A DNA stretch of 64,000 bases from Octopus vulgaris. Taxonomy: Eukaryota. Shown one piece after another: positions 1 through 13,334 of the stretch (its first letter is position 1; each line of letters opens with the position of its first letter). The position numbers and the translations under genes were made by a program. The stretch lies in contig OX597832.1 of the NCBI GenBank assembly GCA_951406725.2, positions 26,536,001 to 26,600,000 on the forward strand, in the 5' to 3' direction. Below the pieces are notes generated by a model. The model had not been told where the DNA came from and searched no databases. It was given only the letters and a program-made list of their open reading frames with translations.

Positions 1-75
1 AGTTGTTTTCATTAATTCTGTCATTATCCTGTCCTTGAGGAGACCTATTGAGTCAAGTACATCAACATCAAAATC

Positions 76-372
76 AATCATCATCATCATTGTTCGACCA
101 TGGTCGAGACAATGGAATTTACCATGCTACGCCAGACTTCACGGTCCATAGCATTACGGAGGTCCTGTTTCTGGATGCCTGTATCCCTGGAGATTACATC
201 AGGGTAGGAGAGTGTGTGCCCTCTGGTATCGCGAGCAGATAGCTTCCAGAGGAGAAGAGTAGAAATTACCTCTTTTTCAGCTCTACAACAATGTCCAGCA
301 AACTGGACTCTCCTACCTTTCACAGGAGATGACACAGGTGGTAGTTTCCCATATATTTGCATTTTGGTTGGA
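76..372 (-). mobile_element. RTE-clade LINE 3' fragment with (GAT)n tail
   Basis: Translation ...PTKMQIYGKLPPVSSPVKGRRVQFAGHCCRA...NAMDREVWRSMV has the RTE-type C-terminus (AGH...DR..WR). Near-identical to the copy at 11090-11483. (ATC)n on + at 76-91. Confidence 0.75.
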
Positions 373-951
373 AATTGTAGTTGTGATAAATAACAGCAAT
401 GAAGCTGTTTGAGTGAATTCTGGATCAAAGACTCAGAAAAATATTACTAGAATTTACCAAAATAGAATAAGTTTGTCATTTCAGGCTGGGTTTTTATTTG
501 GGGCCATCAGAAATGGTCACCAAATGGTGTGTGTGTGTGTGTAGGTGTGAGTGATGAAGTGGGGTGGAGGAGAACGAATTTATTGTTGTTGCTATTGTCG
601 TATAAAAGGGACCAAGAGATGGTAACTAGGGGTCACCCCCAGTGTGTTCTTCCATAGAAGTCCCAAAGCTGCTTCACAAACAGGAACCCCAGGAAGTGAT
701 TTGTGATTCGGAGCTGACCCTTTCATTACGGTTAAAATAACATCATATTTCTTAAACTCTCAATACACATGAATTGTTTCTGTCAAATATAGACAAGAAA
801 TCAAAACAGTCTGAGCTGCTCGCCGTGTTTAGTTGTGGATGCTCTTGTTTAACCCCAAATTACCAATTGTCCAGCTGATCTCAGACCCAAGACGGTCGAT
901 ATTTGATTATCTTCTTTTTTTATGTAAATCCTGGACTACACTGTCCGATGT

Positions 952-1260
952 ATCTTTGTGTGTGTAAGACGGCGAGGCGTTATTAGAGATAGATTTAGCT
1001 GGTATTTCTAGCAGGTATCGCGACCACTTCCTCGCCGGCTAGTTGACAGTCATTCAAACTGATGTGGAATGTCGTTCCAGCGGACACTGACCTTATTCCT
1101 TTACCGTCTTTGTGTGTGTGAGAGAGACGGCGAGGTGTTATTATAGATTTGGCTGGTATTTCTAGCAGGCAGCGCGACCACTTCCTCGCCGACTCGTTGA
1201 CAGTTAATTAAACTGATATGGAATGTCGTTCCAGCGGACACTGACCTTTATTCCTTTACC
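952..1260. repeat. Two-copy tandem duplication (~155 bp unit) in PYROXD1 intron 1
   Basis: 952-1105 and 1107-1260 share tctttgtgtg...agacggcgagg...gctggtatttctagcagg...ggaatgtcgttccagcggacactgacctt(t)attcctttacc. Confidence 0.85.
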
Positions 1261-1445
1261 ATAAAATACACTCTATTACCAATATTCCAATTACTAAGAT
1301 AATAAACTAAATCGAATTGTCTGATACTAATAAAGGAAGTTACACTAATTATAAGTATTTAATACGACAAGTACTTAAACGTTGTTTTATTTCTAACTTT
1401 ACGAAGCTTCAAATGATCACACATAGAATTATATATTAGTGTTAC

Positions 1446-1514
1446 CGTCTCAGCACAGGTCACACCAGCAATGCCTCCACCGATTATAACATATTTCGCT
1501 TTTGAGACATTCAT
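1446..1514 (-). CDS. PYROXD1: Pyridine nucleotide-disulfide oxidoreductase domain-containing protein 1, first coding exon (remaining exons not found in window)
   Basis: ATG at 1514; MNVSKAKYVIIGGGIAGVTCAET then a phase-0 GTAAC donor at 1445. The GxGxxG FAD-binding motif matches the PYROXD1 N-terminus (human KFVVVGGGIAGVTCAEQ, recalled). Confidence 0.85.
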
Positions 1515-1649
1515 CCTGGCTTGGAAACCAACCATCAGCTGTCGCAATAAGGGGACACAACTGCTATTGCCGGTGTAGAGGGAATTATAGTAAACCTTTC
1601 TTTTAAAGTCCTGTCGACGTAATTTTTAGAAGGCCGTAATATATATATA

Positions 1650-1868
1650 TTTCTTTACTACCCACAAGGGGCTAAACACAGAGGGGACAAACAAGGACAG
1701 ACAAAGGGATTAAGTCGATTACATCGACCCCAGTGCGTAACTGGTGCTTTATTTATCGACCCCGAAAAGATGAAAGGCAAAGTCGACCTCGGCGGAATTT
1801 GAACTCAGAACGTAACGGCAGACGAAATACGGCTACACATTTCGTCCGGCGTGCTAACGTTTCTGCCG
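1650..1868 (-). mobile_element. SINE family B (tRNA-like head, central GCCGAGGTCGACTTTGCCTTTCATCC domain, AAAGAAATA end)
   Basis: Same sequence recurs at about 8843-9058, 9105-9315, 27277-27665, 28036-28230, 30790-31120, 31735-32100, 32845-33028, 48322-48530 and 51165-51548. Confidence 0.75.
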
Positions 1869-1980
1869 ATATACTTGCATAGCAAGTGACCTGATCTGAG
1901 ATCGTGTGCTGGAACGAAAACAGTTGCAGCGTGGAAGGTGTTTATAAGCCATTTAAGAAACACACAACATTTAAATTTAA

Positions 1981-2031
1981 TTTGTCAAAATATTTTCGTC
2001 AATTTGAGACCGCGACCTGTTCACTGACAAA
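1981..2031 (-). ncRNA. Minimal hammerhead-ribozyme-like motif, G3:C8 core variant, copy 1 (stem II weakened)
   Basis: Minus strand UUUGUCA-GUGAACA-G-GUC..GAC-GAA-AAUAUU-U-UGACAAA: 7-bp stem I, palindromic stem III. Confidence 0.5.
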
Positions 2032-2056
2032 ACTTCGTGCTGTATCTATCTATCTA

Positions 2057-2096
<40 letters not shown>

Positions 2097-2182
2097 TATA
2101 AACAATTGCAGCGTGAAAGGTGTTTATAAGCTATTTAAAAACACACAAAAACCGTTAGATTCACTTCAATATTTAAATTTAA

Positions 2183-2233
2183 TTTGTCAAAATATTTTCG
2201 TCGCTTTGAGACTGCAACCTGTTCACTGACAAA
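2183..2233 (-). ncRNA. Minimal hammerhead-ribozyme-like motif, G3:C8 core variant, copy 2
   Basis: Minus strand UUUGUCA-GUGAACA-G-GUUGC-agucucaaa-GCGAC-GAA-AAUAUU-U-UGACAAA. Stems I and II pair; palindromic stem III as in Penelope-associated dimeric hammerheads. Confidence 0.6.
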
Positions 2234-2579
2234 ATTTTGCAGATACAGCACGGAATTTTGTCAGTAATATATACTTTCATTATAAGCGGTAGAAATAGTA
2301 TTGGTTCACAATAGCAGTCTGTATATCTTACTTAACGTGGATTTACATGTAGAAAGCCACAAAACTGCAGTATTCGTCTTGAGAAAGTTTCCCGTATGGA
2401 CGTATAATGTTAAAAAGCAAAGAAATCTACCAGTTGTGGGCAAAAAGTGCCCAGGTAGCATCGGTAGAATTGCTAAACCATGATTTCTGTATATTTGCCC
2501 ATTATCAGTAACAAGTTTCATCTATCAACCGCATGCTTAGACAAACCTGGCCCCTACTTATGACGTGCAAAATACTTTC

Positions 2580-2962
2580 CATAGCCCACTTATGCATACC
2601 TTTTCCTTCTTTGCTCACTAAAACTCTGCTTGCGAAGACCTGTTGAGGCAAGTGAAATCAATTAATCAAAAGCAAAATCAAAATCAAATTCAATTGGCAC
2701 CTGTGCCGGTGGCAGGTGTAAAAGGATTTGAGCGAGGTCATTGTCAGTACCGCCTGACTGGCCCCCGTGCCAGTGGTATGTAAAAGCACCCACTACACCC
2801 TCGGAGTGGTTGGCGTTAGGAAGGGCATCCAGCTGTAGAAACTCTGCCAGATCAAGATTGGAGCCTGGTGCAGCCATCTGGTTCACCAGCCCTCAGTCAA
2901 AATCGTCCAACCCATGCTAGCATGGAAAGCGAACGTTAAACGATGATGATGATGTTGATGAT
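2580..2962 (+). mobile_element. 3' UTR/tail of RTE-type LINE family D ending in (GAT)n
   Basis: Shared core gagtggttggcgttaggaagggcatccagctgtagaaa...catgctagcatggaaagc..acgttaaacgatgatgat. Other copies at about 4048-4595, 6645-7055, 40027-40540, 46690-47118, 50835-51137 and 53113-53390. Confidence 0.7.
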
Positions 2963-3431
2963 GACTGATATACTTCTATGCTTTTTAGAGCTCTACCTCT
3001 ATACGAGATACTTTCTCGAGACAAATGCCGCAGTTTTGTGACTTTCTTATATATATTCACGTTAAGGAAGATATATAGATTGCTATTTAGTGCCATATAC
3101 GTTTTGTTTTTATCTCCAGGATTCAAAACTATCCTAATTAGATTTGATTTTGATGTTGTTTATCACCAAATTACCAATTCAATCCACCGTGTGGAGAACT
3201 ATTATCAAGGACCTTCCACTTGTGATTCTCCCGATGTCCTTTGAGTCTTGGTTTACTTTGGACAATGCCATCTACAATGTCTCTTTCCAAAGATAATAGG
3301 ATATAATTTGAGGGAATCTTGGCTGCTGTATTTAGCAAGCTAAGTGGCCATGTAAAAGATATTTCCTGTTAATGGCTTGCCAGCTCATGTCAAACTGTCC
3401 AACCCATAACAGCATGGAAAATGGACATTAA

Positions 3432-3481
3432 ATGATGATGGTGATGACGACAATGACAACAATGACGATGATAATGATGAC

Positions 3482-3524
<43 letters not shown>

Positions 3525-3578
3525 CCGACGACGATGTTGATGATGATGATGATGACGATGATGATGATGACGATGACA

Positions 3579-3618
<40 letters not shown>

Positions 3619-3650
3619 CGACGATAACAATGATAATGATGGTGATGCAT
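3432..3650. repeat. (ATG/ACG)n trinucleotide microsatellite
   Basis: Directly visible; source of the poly-M/poly-H/poly-S pseudo-ORFs. Confidence 0.95.
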
Positions 3651-4047
3651 CTAGGTTGAGTGTGGATGATGGTTGCAGAAGGTTAGGGAGGAAATCAAGG
3701 GTCATATCATCTGGGCCCTGTTGAATGTGGCAGCATGTAGGTCATAAATAGAATAGAAGAAAGAGATTAGGGGGACAAAACCAAACATACACACACCCCA
3801 CCCGGTAAATACCAGAGTTGAGTGAGAGTTGGTCAGAAAGAGTTCCATTGTCACATGTCATGATGACACAATCCGATAGGGAGCTCACCATTCCAAGAGA
3901 CAAAAGATGGCTAGAACCTGCAGACAGGAAATTATGATGACATATTCACAAGCCAGACGTCGAGACAAGAGCTTTGCTGACATCGAGAACAGCAACATTG
4001 CCTTCACTGACCTTCTCTAAACTATTGTTGGACAATCATCTATCAAA

Positions 4048-4595
4048 GGTCTCACCGAGGAAATGACTAGAGCCTGGGACCTTTGGAAGTATGCTGTGCG
4101 TGAGAAGACCCGGCAGGACAAGTGAGGCCATAATCCCGTGGCCTCTACCTGGGATGTAGCCAGCCCACTTATGCATTCCTTTCCTTCTTGGGACACAAAA
4201 CTCCACTTCTGAAGACCTGTCGAGGCAAGTGAAAATCAGAATCGTAATCGATCAACATCAATGGAATTTGTAGCTGTGATACCAGTGCCGGTGGCACGTA
4301 AGAGAACCATCCGAACGTGGCCATAGCCAGTGCCGCCCTGAGTGGCACGTAAAAAGCACCATCCGATCATGGCCGTTTGCCAGCCTTGTCTGGCACCTGT
4401 GTCGGTGGCATGTAAATAGCACCCACTACACTCACGGAGTGGTTGGCGTTAGGAAGGGCATCCAGCCGTAGAAACACTGCCAGATCAGACTGGGCCTGAT
4501 GCAGCCTTCTGGCTTCACAGACCCCAGTTGAACCGTCCAACCCATGCTAGCATGGAAAGCAGACGTTAAACGATGATGATGATGATGATGATGAT
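4048..4595 (+). mobile_element. RTE-type LINE family D 3' end including the last codons of the ORF
   Basis: 4048 onward translates GLTEEMTRAWDLWKYAVREKTRQDK*, like RTE C-termini, followed by the family D UTR and (GAT)n. Confidence 0.65.
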
Positions 4596-5164
4596 AAATT
4601 CAATGATTTACATAGAATAGTTTAAAACCAGTTTAAAACCAGAGGGGAAAAGTAGAAGTAAAAATATGAAGAAGAGGTCAGCGTACGTCAATGTACCCAC
4701 ATATCTATATTTGTTGCTATGTGCGTGATTGTGCAGAGGTCAAGTCTAAGCATGCATGTGCTTGCATATGAATCTGTTGTGAAAATGTTTTCGTGTAACA
4801 ATGTTATTTGCAGGTTATTGTGCATGAGGTGGAGGAGGGGGAGACGAAAATGTATCCATTATTATGGAAGCTCACGTATTTTGCTGTAACTAAAGACACT
4901 TGCGTTTCCTTGTCGAGCGTTCAGCACTGAATAAACACAGAGGTAAACATACGCATACACACATGCATACACGAACACACACACACACACAAACATGCGC
5001 ATAAATGCACACGTCTATGGAAATACACATGAAAGCACAAACAGATAAAATCAAATCTGTATATGAATATACATCAGTGCATTGGTAAACATAGCATTTT
5101 GGCTTATGAGACTGGGATTATAGATTAGAAAAAAATTATATGCTACTTCTGTTGTGTGTGTGTT

Positions 5165-6214
<1,050 letters not shown>

Positions 6215-7351
6215 TAATGAAAAGCCTGTCTGAAATTCCATCTACCAAGCTTTCAATTCATTTATTGTGGATCTTGGCCCATTTTCCCATGGTTCACTTT
6301 CTCAAACAATACACCTGCAGGAGAAAGAAAAGTAAGTTCTGTTTGACCTTTTCGATTTCTGTCTCATTATTCAGCCACCGAAATGCCAAATGCCAGCAGG
6401 GACAGAGTTAATTCATAGGTAATTAGAAACTTGCTGTAACAAATAATTTCCTAGGTTCTCAAGCCAGGATTCGAAACCAAATCTACATTTTTCAACCAGT
6501 TCCTTTCCTACTGGATGCAGCTTTTGCACTTAGAAATGTGTGAGTCAATTGTCACACTTAGTTAAGTTCTATTGCTTAAGTTAACGTTCTTAAACTCATT
6601 ATTTTCCATTCTTCTCTGACCTACATCCAGCTTTCCAACATATATCATCATCATCATCATCATCATCATCGTTTAAGGTCCGTTTTCCATGCTAGTATGG
6701 GTTGGACGTTTAAACCAGGGTCTGGTAAGCCATGGAGGCTGCACCAGGCTCTAGTCTGATCTGGCAGGGTTTCTACAGCTGGATGCCCTTCCTAAAGCCA
6801 ACCACTTTGTGAGTGTAGTGGATGTTTTTATGTGCCACTGGCACAGGGGCCGGAGCAGACTGGCAAACGGCCATGATCGGTTGGTGCTTTTTACGTGCCA
6901 CCGGCACAAAAGTCAGTCAAGGCGGCGTTGGCATCGGCCATGTTCGATTGGTGCTTTTTATGTGCCACCGGCACAGGTATCACAACTACAATTTCCATTT
7001 GATATTTATTTTGATGTTGATGTACTTGACTCAATAGGTCTCCTCAAGCACAGCCGGTCATGTGCCACCATGTGGTTACATGATGGGAAAGATGTCTGTG
7101 ATAATTGAGGTTGAATCTGGAAATGCCGTTATGTATAAATAAAAATGTGTGTGTGTGTGGGGGGGAAAAGGTTCGTGAGTGGCAGCTGCAAAATGGATGC
7201 AGACATACCAAATGCACTGTACTTTAATTACAAGTCTTTCATTTTAAATATTGCTTGCTTTGACTTCAGTGCCAAGGGCTGCATCCCATATATATATGTA
7301 TATATATACATACACACATACACATATACACAGGTAGATAGATAGATAGAC

Positions 7352-7420
<69 letters not shown>

Positions 7421-7639
7421 TAATATATACATAGAAGAAGAGAGAGAGAGAAAGAGAGAGATGTACACACACAGACACACATATCTACCCATGTACCTAT
7501 CTACATATATATGCACACACACACACGTGTGTATGCATGTGTGTATTGACCTTTTATCAATATGACAAATTATAAAATTTTTTCTCTAGTTTTATGCAGT
7601 TTTAAATATCAAAGCCTTTCAATGTCCATTTATGATTTA

Positions 7640-8027
7640 TCTCTCTCTATATAAAGCTGAAGTTGTCTGTGTATGGCAGGTTTGGTAGCCTTCAACTAAC
7701 ACTATCCCCTCCGAGACCCTGCAGCGCAAGTTGACCAAAATTGAGAGTATGATAGAAGAAGGCTTGCTCTTCCTTCCGTATGAGATAAAATTCAAATCGG
7801 ACCATGTTAACACCAAAAATTATTTACATCAAAAAGGTGCTTTTTTTCTATGAAAATCCTGATTTTTTATGATTTTTTTACTGTTGTGTCGCCATTTTCC
7901 GGTGTATTTCCACCAGAAAAATGTTCACTTAAAGAGAATAACAAGCTACATAATGCAAAATTTTTACTTTTCAAAAATTCCAATTCTAAAGGGTCGAAAC
8001 AAACCCAAGCAACGCCGGGTGATATAG
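7640..8027 (+). mobile_element. Non-autonomous Helitron (same family as 17188-17799), degenerate 3' end
   Basis: A|TCTCTCTCTATATAAAGCTG start; 3' ccc..gcaacgccggg hairpin then ATAG|T. Confidence 0.7.
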
Positions 8028-9056
8028 TAACAAAAAAAAAAACCCCAAAAACTCAACATAAAAACTTACTTATAATTAAATAGATACTATTACTTTCTGT
8101 AACAGTACACATACAACTGTTTTATTGCTAGCACCTTGCCTCAGATTAAATCTCCAAAATTATTACCATAAAAGCATTGTAATTCACCTCTACCTAGTTT
8201 ATGGTTCTGTATATTACATACGAAAACCATTACCTTTCTTACAAGCCAAATATAGTTTTATGCATTAATAAAGTCTTTTAATAAAGCAGCAATTTGGCAG
8301 AATTGTTAACACAGCAGGCAAAATGCTTAAGGGCATTTCATCTATTTTTATGTTCATCTGACTTTACCCAAGGGCCAGATGTTGTGTTAAACATGGTGAC
8401 AAATTAAGTCTGTCCTAACCACCCAAGAAAAGGAACATAGTTTACTCAAAAGTCTTTGATAAATGACACTTTACCAAAAAGATTCCTCTACTAGGTGCAC
8501 AAGTGGCTATGAAGTAAGTAGCCTGCTTACCAACTACATGGTTCCGGGTTCAGTCCCACTGCGTGGCACCTTGGGCAAGTGTCTTCTACTATAGCCTTTA
8601 GTTTTATATATAAAGATTACTGGGCCTGTAAAATCGATATGCAATTGGGGCCATGGTATTTTCACTTCCTGCCAAGGTTCACATTTTGAAGTAAGTAGTT
8701 TCCTTGCCAGCACACATCCCCTGCAGCCTATTACCAGGTTTTCGACTTCCTTGTGTCAAAATTTGAAATCATCATCATTATCATCATCATCATCATCATC
8801 ATCATCATGGTGGTGGTGGTGGTGATGATGATCATTATTATTAAGGTGGAAAACTGGCAGAACTGTTACCGCACTGGGCAAAATGCTTCGTAGCGTTTAT
8901 CCGTCTTTATGTTCTGAGTTCAAATTCCACCGAAGTTGACTTTGCCTTTCATCCCTTCAGGGTCGATGAAATAAGTACCAGTTGAGTACTGGGGTCGATG
9001 TGATTGACTTAACTGCTCCCCACAAAATCCAGGCCTTGTGCCTATAGCAGAAAGGA

Positions 9057-9103
<47 letters not shown>

Positions 9104-9321
9104 GTGGTGAGCTGGCAGAATCGTTAGCACACTGGCTGAAATGCTTAGGGGTATTTCGCCTGTCATTACATGCTGAGTTCAAATCCTACTGGGGTCGACT
9201 TTGCCCTTCGTTCTTTTGGGGTCAATAAATTAAGTACCAATGAAACAGTGGGATTGATGCAATCCACTAGTCCCCTCCCACAAAATTTCAGGCCTTGTGC
9301 CTATAGTAGAAAGGATTATTA

Positions 9322-9359
<38 letters not shown>

Positions 9360-9596
9360 TTATTAAAAAAAATTTTTTTTTCCTTCTTTCTTCAGATTTT
9401 CTTCCATTTCTCGCCGAGTGTTTTCCGTACACCTAGGGCAGAGAAGCTCGTTGTATGCATTCCCAGATTACACGCGCAAATTCAGATAAAATATGTATTT
9501 AAAAATTAATAAATAAATAAATTCATGAATGGATGTTGTTTTCACAGCGATAATGCTCTTCTCAGTACATGAGCCATTCCAGTTAACAGTTATTGT

Positions 9597-9634
<38 letters not shown>

Positions 9635-9652
9635 TCAGTAGTAGTGGTGGTG

Positions 9653-9683
<31 letters not shown>

Positions 9684-10427
9684 CAGCAGCTGTTGCAGGA
9701 ACAGCAGCAGAGTGGTAAAGTCTGTAAAAAAGCATGACTAAGTACCAAACAATGTTGTGTCAAGGTCAACTTAGCCTTCCATAACACCGAGTGACCTATA
9801 AGTCCCACCCCTAACGGCTCAATCCTCTTTGCTTGTAAACAGATATATCTTACAGTGTGTGTGCATATGTGTGTGTGTGTCTGTGTGTGTGAAGGGGTGG
9901 GCCAAGATATGTGTACGTCAGCCCCAAATTAAATTCACATAGTTATGTCACATGAACTGAAGGGGACATGTCGCAGATTAAGAAGAACCTAATTAAACGA
10001 CAATATGTGATGTGATCGTTATAAATGATAACGTTGACAAACTGATGTAATTATTCAATGCCAGGGAAGTATATCTGTGCACGTCCGTGTGTCATCGCCA
10101 TCGTCTTCATCGTCGTCATCATCATCATCATCATGATCATCATCGTCATCATGATCATCATTATCATCATGGTCATTATGATCATCATCATTTTATGAGG
10201 GGTTGCCGAAACTGGCTTTGGGTAAAAGAAAGTACAAGAGGATCGGTTAATTATGGTTTTACTCAACATATTCCTCTCTCAGATTCATACACTTATTGCA
10301 GAGGCTCTACAGATTATATAAAAGAAGTCGGAATGTTAGGCCTCTACCCAAGCCTTTTGTGTTACCCTTAAAACCAGGAACTTTTTCAGCCCCGCCTTGT
10401 GTATGTGTTAATATATATATATATATA

Positions 10428-10601
10428 TAAGGCAAAGGAGTGGCTGTGTGGTAAGTAGCTTGCTAACGAACTACATGGTTCCAGGTTCAGTCCCACTGCA
10501 TGGCACCTTGGGCAAGTGTCTTCTACTATAGCCTCGGGCTGGCCAAAGCCTTGTGAATGGATTTGGTAGACGGAAACTGAAAGAAGCCTGTCGTGTATAT
10601 G

Positions 10602-10644
<43 letters not shown>

Positions 10645-10830
10645 GTATGTGTGTGTATATGCTTGTGTGTCTGTGTTTGTCCCCCCAACATTGCTTGACA
10701 ACCAATGCTGGTGTGTTTACATCCCTGTAACTTAGCAGTTCAGTAAAAGAGACCAATAGAATAAGTACTAGGCTTACAAAGAATAAGTCCTGGGGTCAAT
10801 TTGGTCGACTAAAGGCACTGCTCCAGCACA
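10428..10830 (+). mobile_element. SINE family A (tRNA-derived head, internal (TA)/(TG) tract)
   Basis: A-box-like TGGCTGTGTGG and B-box-like GGTTCAGTCCC. Many copies, at about 8492-8600, 11775-12180, 19670-20040, 22657-23076, 25583-25987, 28788-29290, 41001-41437, 49194-49745, 51856-52224, 52317-52890, 59600-60220 and 61747-62103. Confidence 0.8.
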
Positions 10831-10899
10831 CGTCAATTTGGCATTTATTCTTTGAAGATTACCTGCCAAATTGATGATGTGTTGTAGTGTTCTTTCTGA

Positions 10900-11700
10900 A
10901 GGCACAGTGTCATTTCCATTGATAGAAACATTCCTGGAAGACCCTTTTTTCGCATAGCAAGCACCTACCCCATCACATTCTCTTGAATTAAGATGATGTC
11001 TCCAAATAATGTTGCTGTCAAGTGGGATTTGATTTTTGTCTTGGTTTCAGGACCATAGCCATAAACCCCACAATTTATCACCCACTATATATAAACCTGG
11101 ATGTTATCAAAGAAGCTTGAGAGGTGGTTGGATGGAACTTACACTCGCCTCCTTATGAGAGCTCAAAATCTTTTGTGGAAGCGTCATCCAACCAAAGTAC
11201 AAATATATGGGAATTTACCACCTGTATCATCTCTTGTGAAAGGTAGGAGAGTCCAGTTTGCTGGACATTGTTGTAGAGCTGAAAACAAGGTAATTTCTAC
11301 TCTTCTCCTCTGGAAGCCATCTGCTCGTGATACCAGAGGGCACACACTCTCCTACCCTGATGTAATCTCCATGGATACAGGCATCCAGCAACAGGACCTC
11401 CATAATGCTATGATGGACCGTGAGGTCTGGCGTAACATAGTAAATTCCATTGTCTCGACCACGGCCAAACAAGGATGATGATGATCACCCACTATAAATG
11501 TTTTCAAATAATTTTTGGCTTCTTCAACATAATGAAAGAGATCCTGCTCAGTTGAAACCTGATCTTCTTGAGACGATCACACACTGCCTCCAAGCACTGC
11601 TATAGGCAGCAAAAGTGCGACAACATTATAACTTAAGGTCAATGGGAAACAGAGTTGAAGGACAATCTGCGCCAAGCGGCCTCACTCTGTGTACTTTAGC
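10900..11700 (-). mobile_element. Highly degenerate mariner transposase remnant, interrupted by the RTE insertion
   Basis: After removing 11090-11496 the minus strand reads QDLFHYVEEAKNYLKTFIVGDKLW/VYGYGPETK (one frameshift), resembling the mariner first-catalytic-Asp motif ITGDETWVYGYDPETK. Confidence 0.5.
11090..11483 (+). mobile_element. 5'-truncated RTE-clade LINE with 13-bp TSD
   Basis: ORF LDGTYTRLLMRAQN...FAGHCCRA...MMDREVWRNIV; (GAT)n tail; TSD ATCACCCACTATA at 11077-11089 and 11484-11496. Confidence 0.85.
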
Positions 11701-12183
11701 TGTTACCATAGCAACAGTCCCAAGAGTACTTTTTGATCAGATCTCATACACACACACACACATATATATATACTCTCTCTTTTACTCTTTTACTTGTTTC
11801 AGTCAGTTGACTGCGGCCATGCTGGAGCACCGCCTTTAGTCGAGCAGATCGACCCCGGGACTTATTCTTTGTAAGCCTAGTACTTATTCTATCGGTCTCT
11901 TTTGCCAAACCGCTAGGTGAAGCACACCAGCATCAGTTGTCAAGCAATGCTAGGGAGACAAACACAGACACACAAACACACATACATACATATATATATA
12001 TATATATACATATATACGACAGGCTTCTTTCAGTTTCCATCTACCAAATCCACTCACTAGGCATTGGTCGGCCCGAGGCTATAGTAGAAGACACTTGCCC
12101 AAGGTGCCACACAGTGGGACTGAACCCGGAACCATGTGGTTGGTTAGCAAGCTACTTACCACACAGCCACTCCTGCGCCTATA

Positions 12184-12282
<99 letters not shown>

Positions 12283-12714
12283 GATACTTGTACAAGATGC
12301 CCCATGGTCAGATGGAACCCCAAACCATGTGGTTTTGAAGTGAACTTCTAACCAGTTATGCTGTTACCTAAAAAATGATGATGATGATGATTTATCACAA
12401 TAGCCCAAGTCATTTAATGAAATATTGTTTATCTTGTTGGTAATTATTCAGTTTAACGATAATTTATCTTGACCTCTTGTGTTTACACCCGTTTATTTCT
12501 AAAGTCACAACTTATCAGGGTGGGGAGTGGGGGGCGGGGCTTTTAATGTTAATTTTTTTTCGGTTTTTTCCCTGAATGGTTTGGTATGTTTGGTTGTTGT
12601 TTGCTATTATCATTCATTCCAAGTTTGTGTGAGAATGTGTGTGTGTTTGTTTATGTATTGTGTTGATTGTCCTTAGATTTGTGTGTGTGTGTGTGAAGTG
12701 GTGAGTCGAGTTTG

Positions 12715-12773
12715 TTCTGTAACAAATGAGTGTGTGACTCACATAGAATACTGCTCCCATATCTGGGATGGTG

Positions 12774-12859
<86 letters not shown>

Positions 12860-12944
12860 ATGTGTGTGTGTATGTATGTATATATTGTGTGTGTGTGTGT
12901 GTATGTTATATATATATATATATATATATGTACATATATATATG

Positions 12945-12975
<31 letters not shown>

Positions 12976-13002
12976 GTATATATATATATGTATATATATA
13001 TG

Positions 13003-13099
<97 letters not shown>

Positions 13100-13194
13100 G
13101 TATATATATATATATGTATATATATATATGTATATATATGTATATATATATATGTATATATATATATGTATATATATATATGTATATATATATG

Positions 13195-13275
<81 letters not shown>

Positions 13276-13334
13276 CACCATCCCAGATATGGGAGCAGTA
13301 TTCTATGTGAGTCACACACTCATTTGTTACAGAA
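12715..13334. repeat. 60-bp perfect inverted repeat (12715-12774 / 13275-13334) enclosing a ~500-bp (TA)n-rich tract
   Basis: ttctgtaacaaatgagtgtgtgactcacatagaatactgctcccatatctgggatggtga and its exact reverse complement. Confidence 0.95.

Noticed and set aside
373-1440. Search for PYROXD1 exon 2
   Set aside because: No segment resembling the expected ...ILLVTASP.IKAV... peptide with splice sites was found; presumably outside the window.
3385-3705. Poly-His / poly-Ser / poly-Met ORFs suggesting a metal-binding peptide near MT
   Set aside because: An expanded (ATG)n tract attached to a LINE-tail remnant; no splice or promoter support.
10862-11050. Possible minus-strand exon ending in a GTAAT donor (...RTLQHIINLAG)
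   Set aside because: Lies in a degenerate mariner remnant, has an upstream in-frame stop and no good acceptor.
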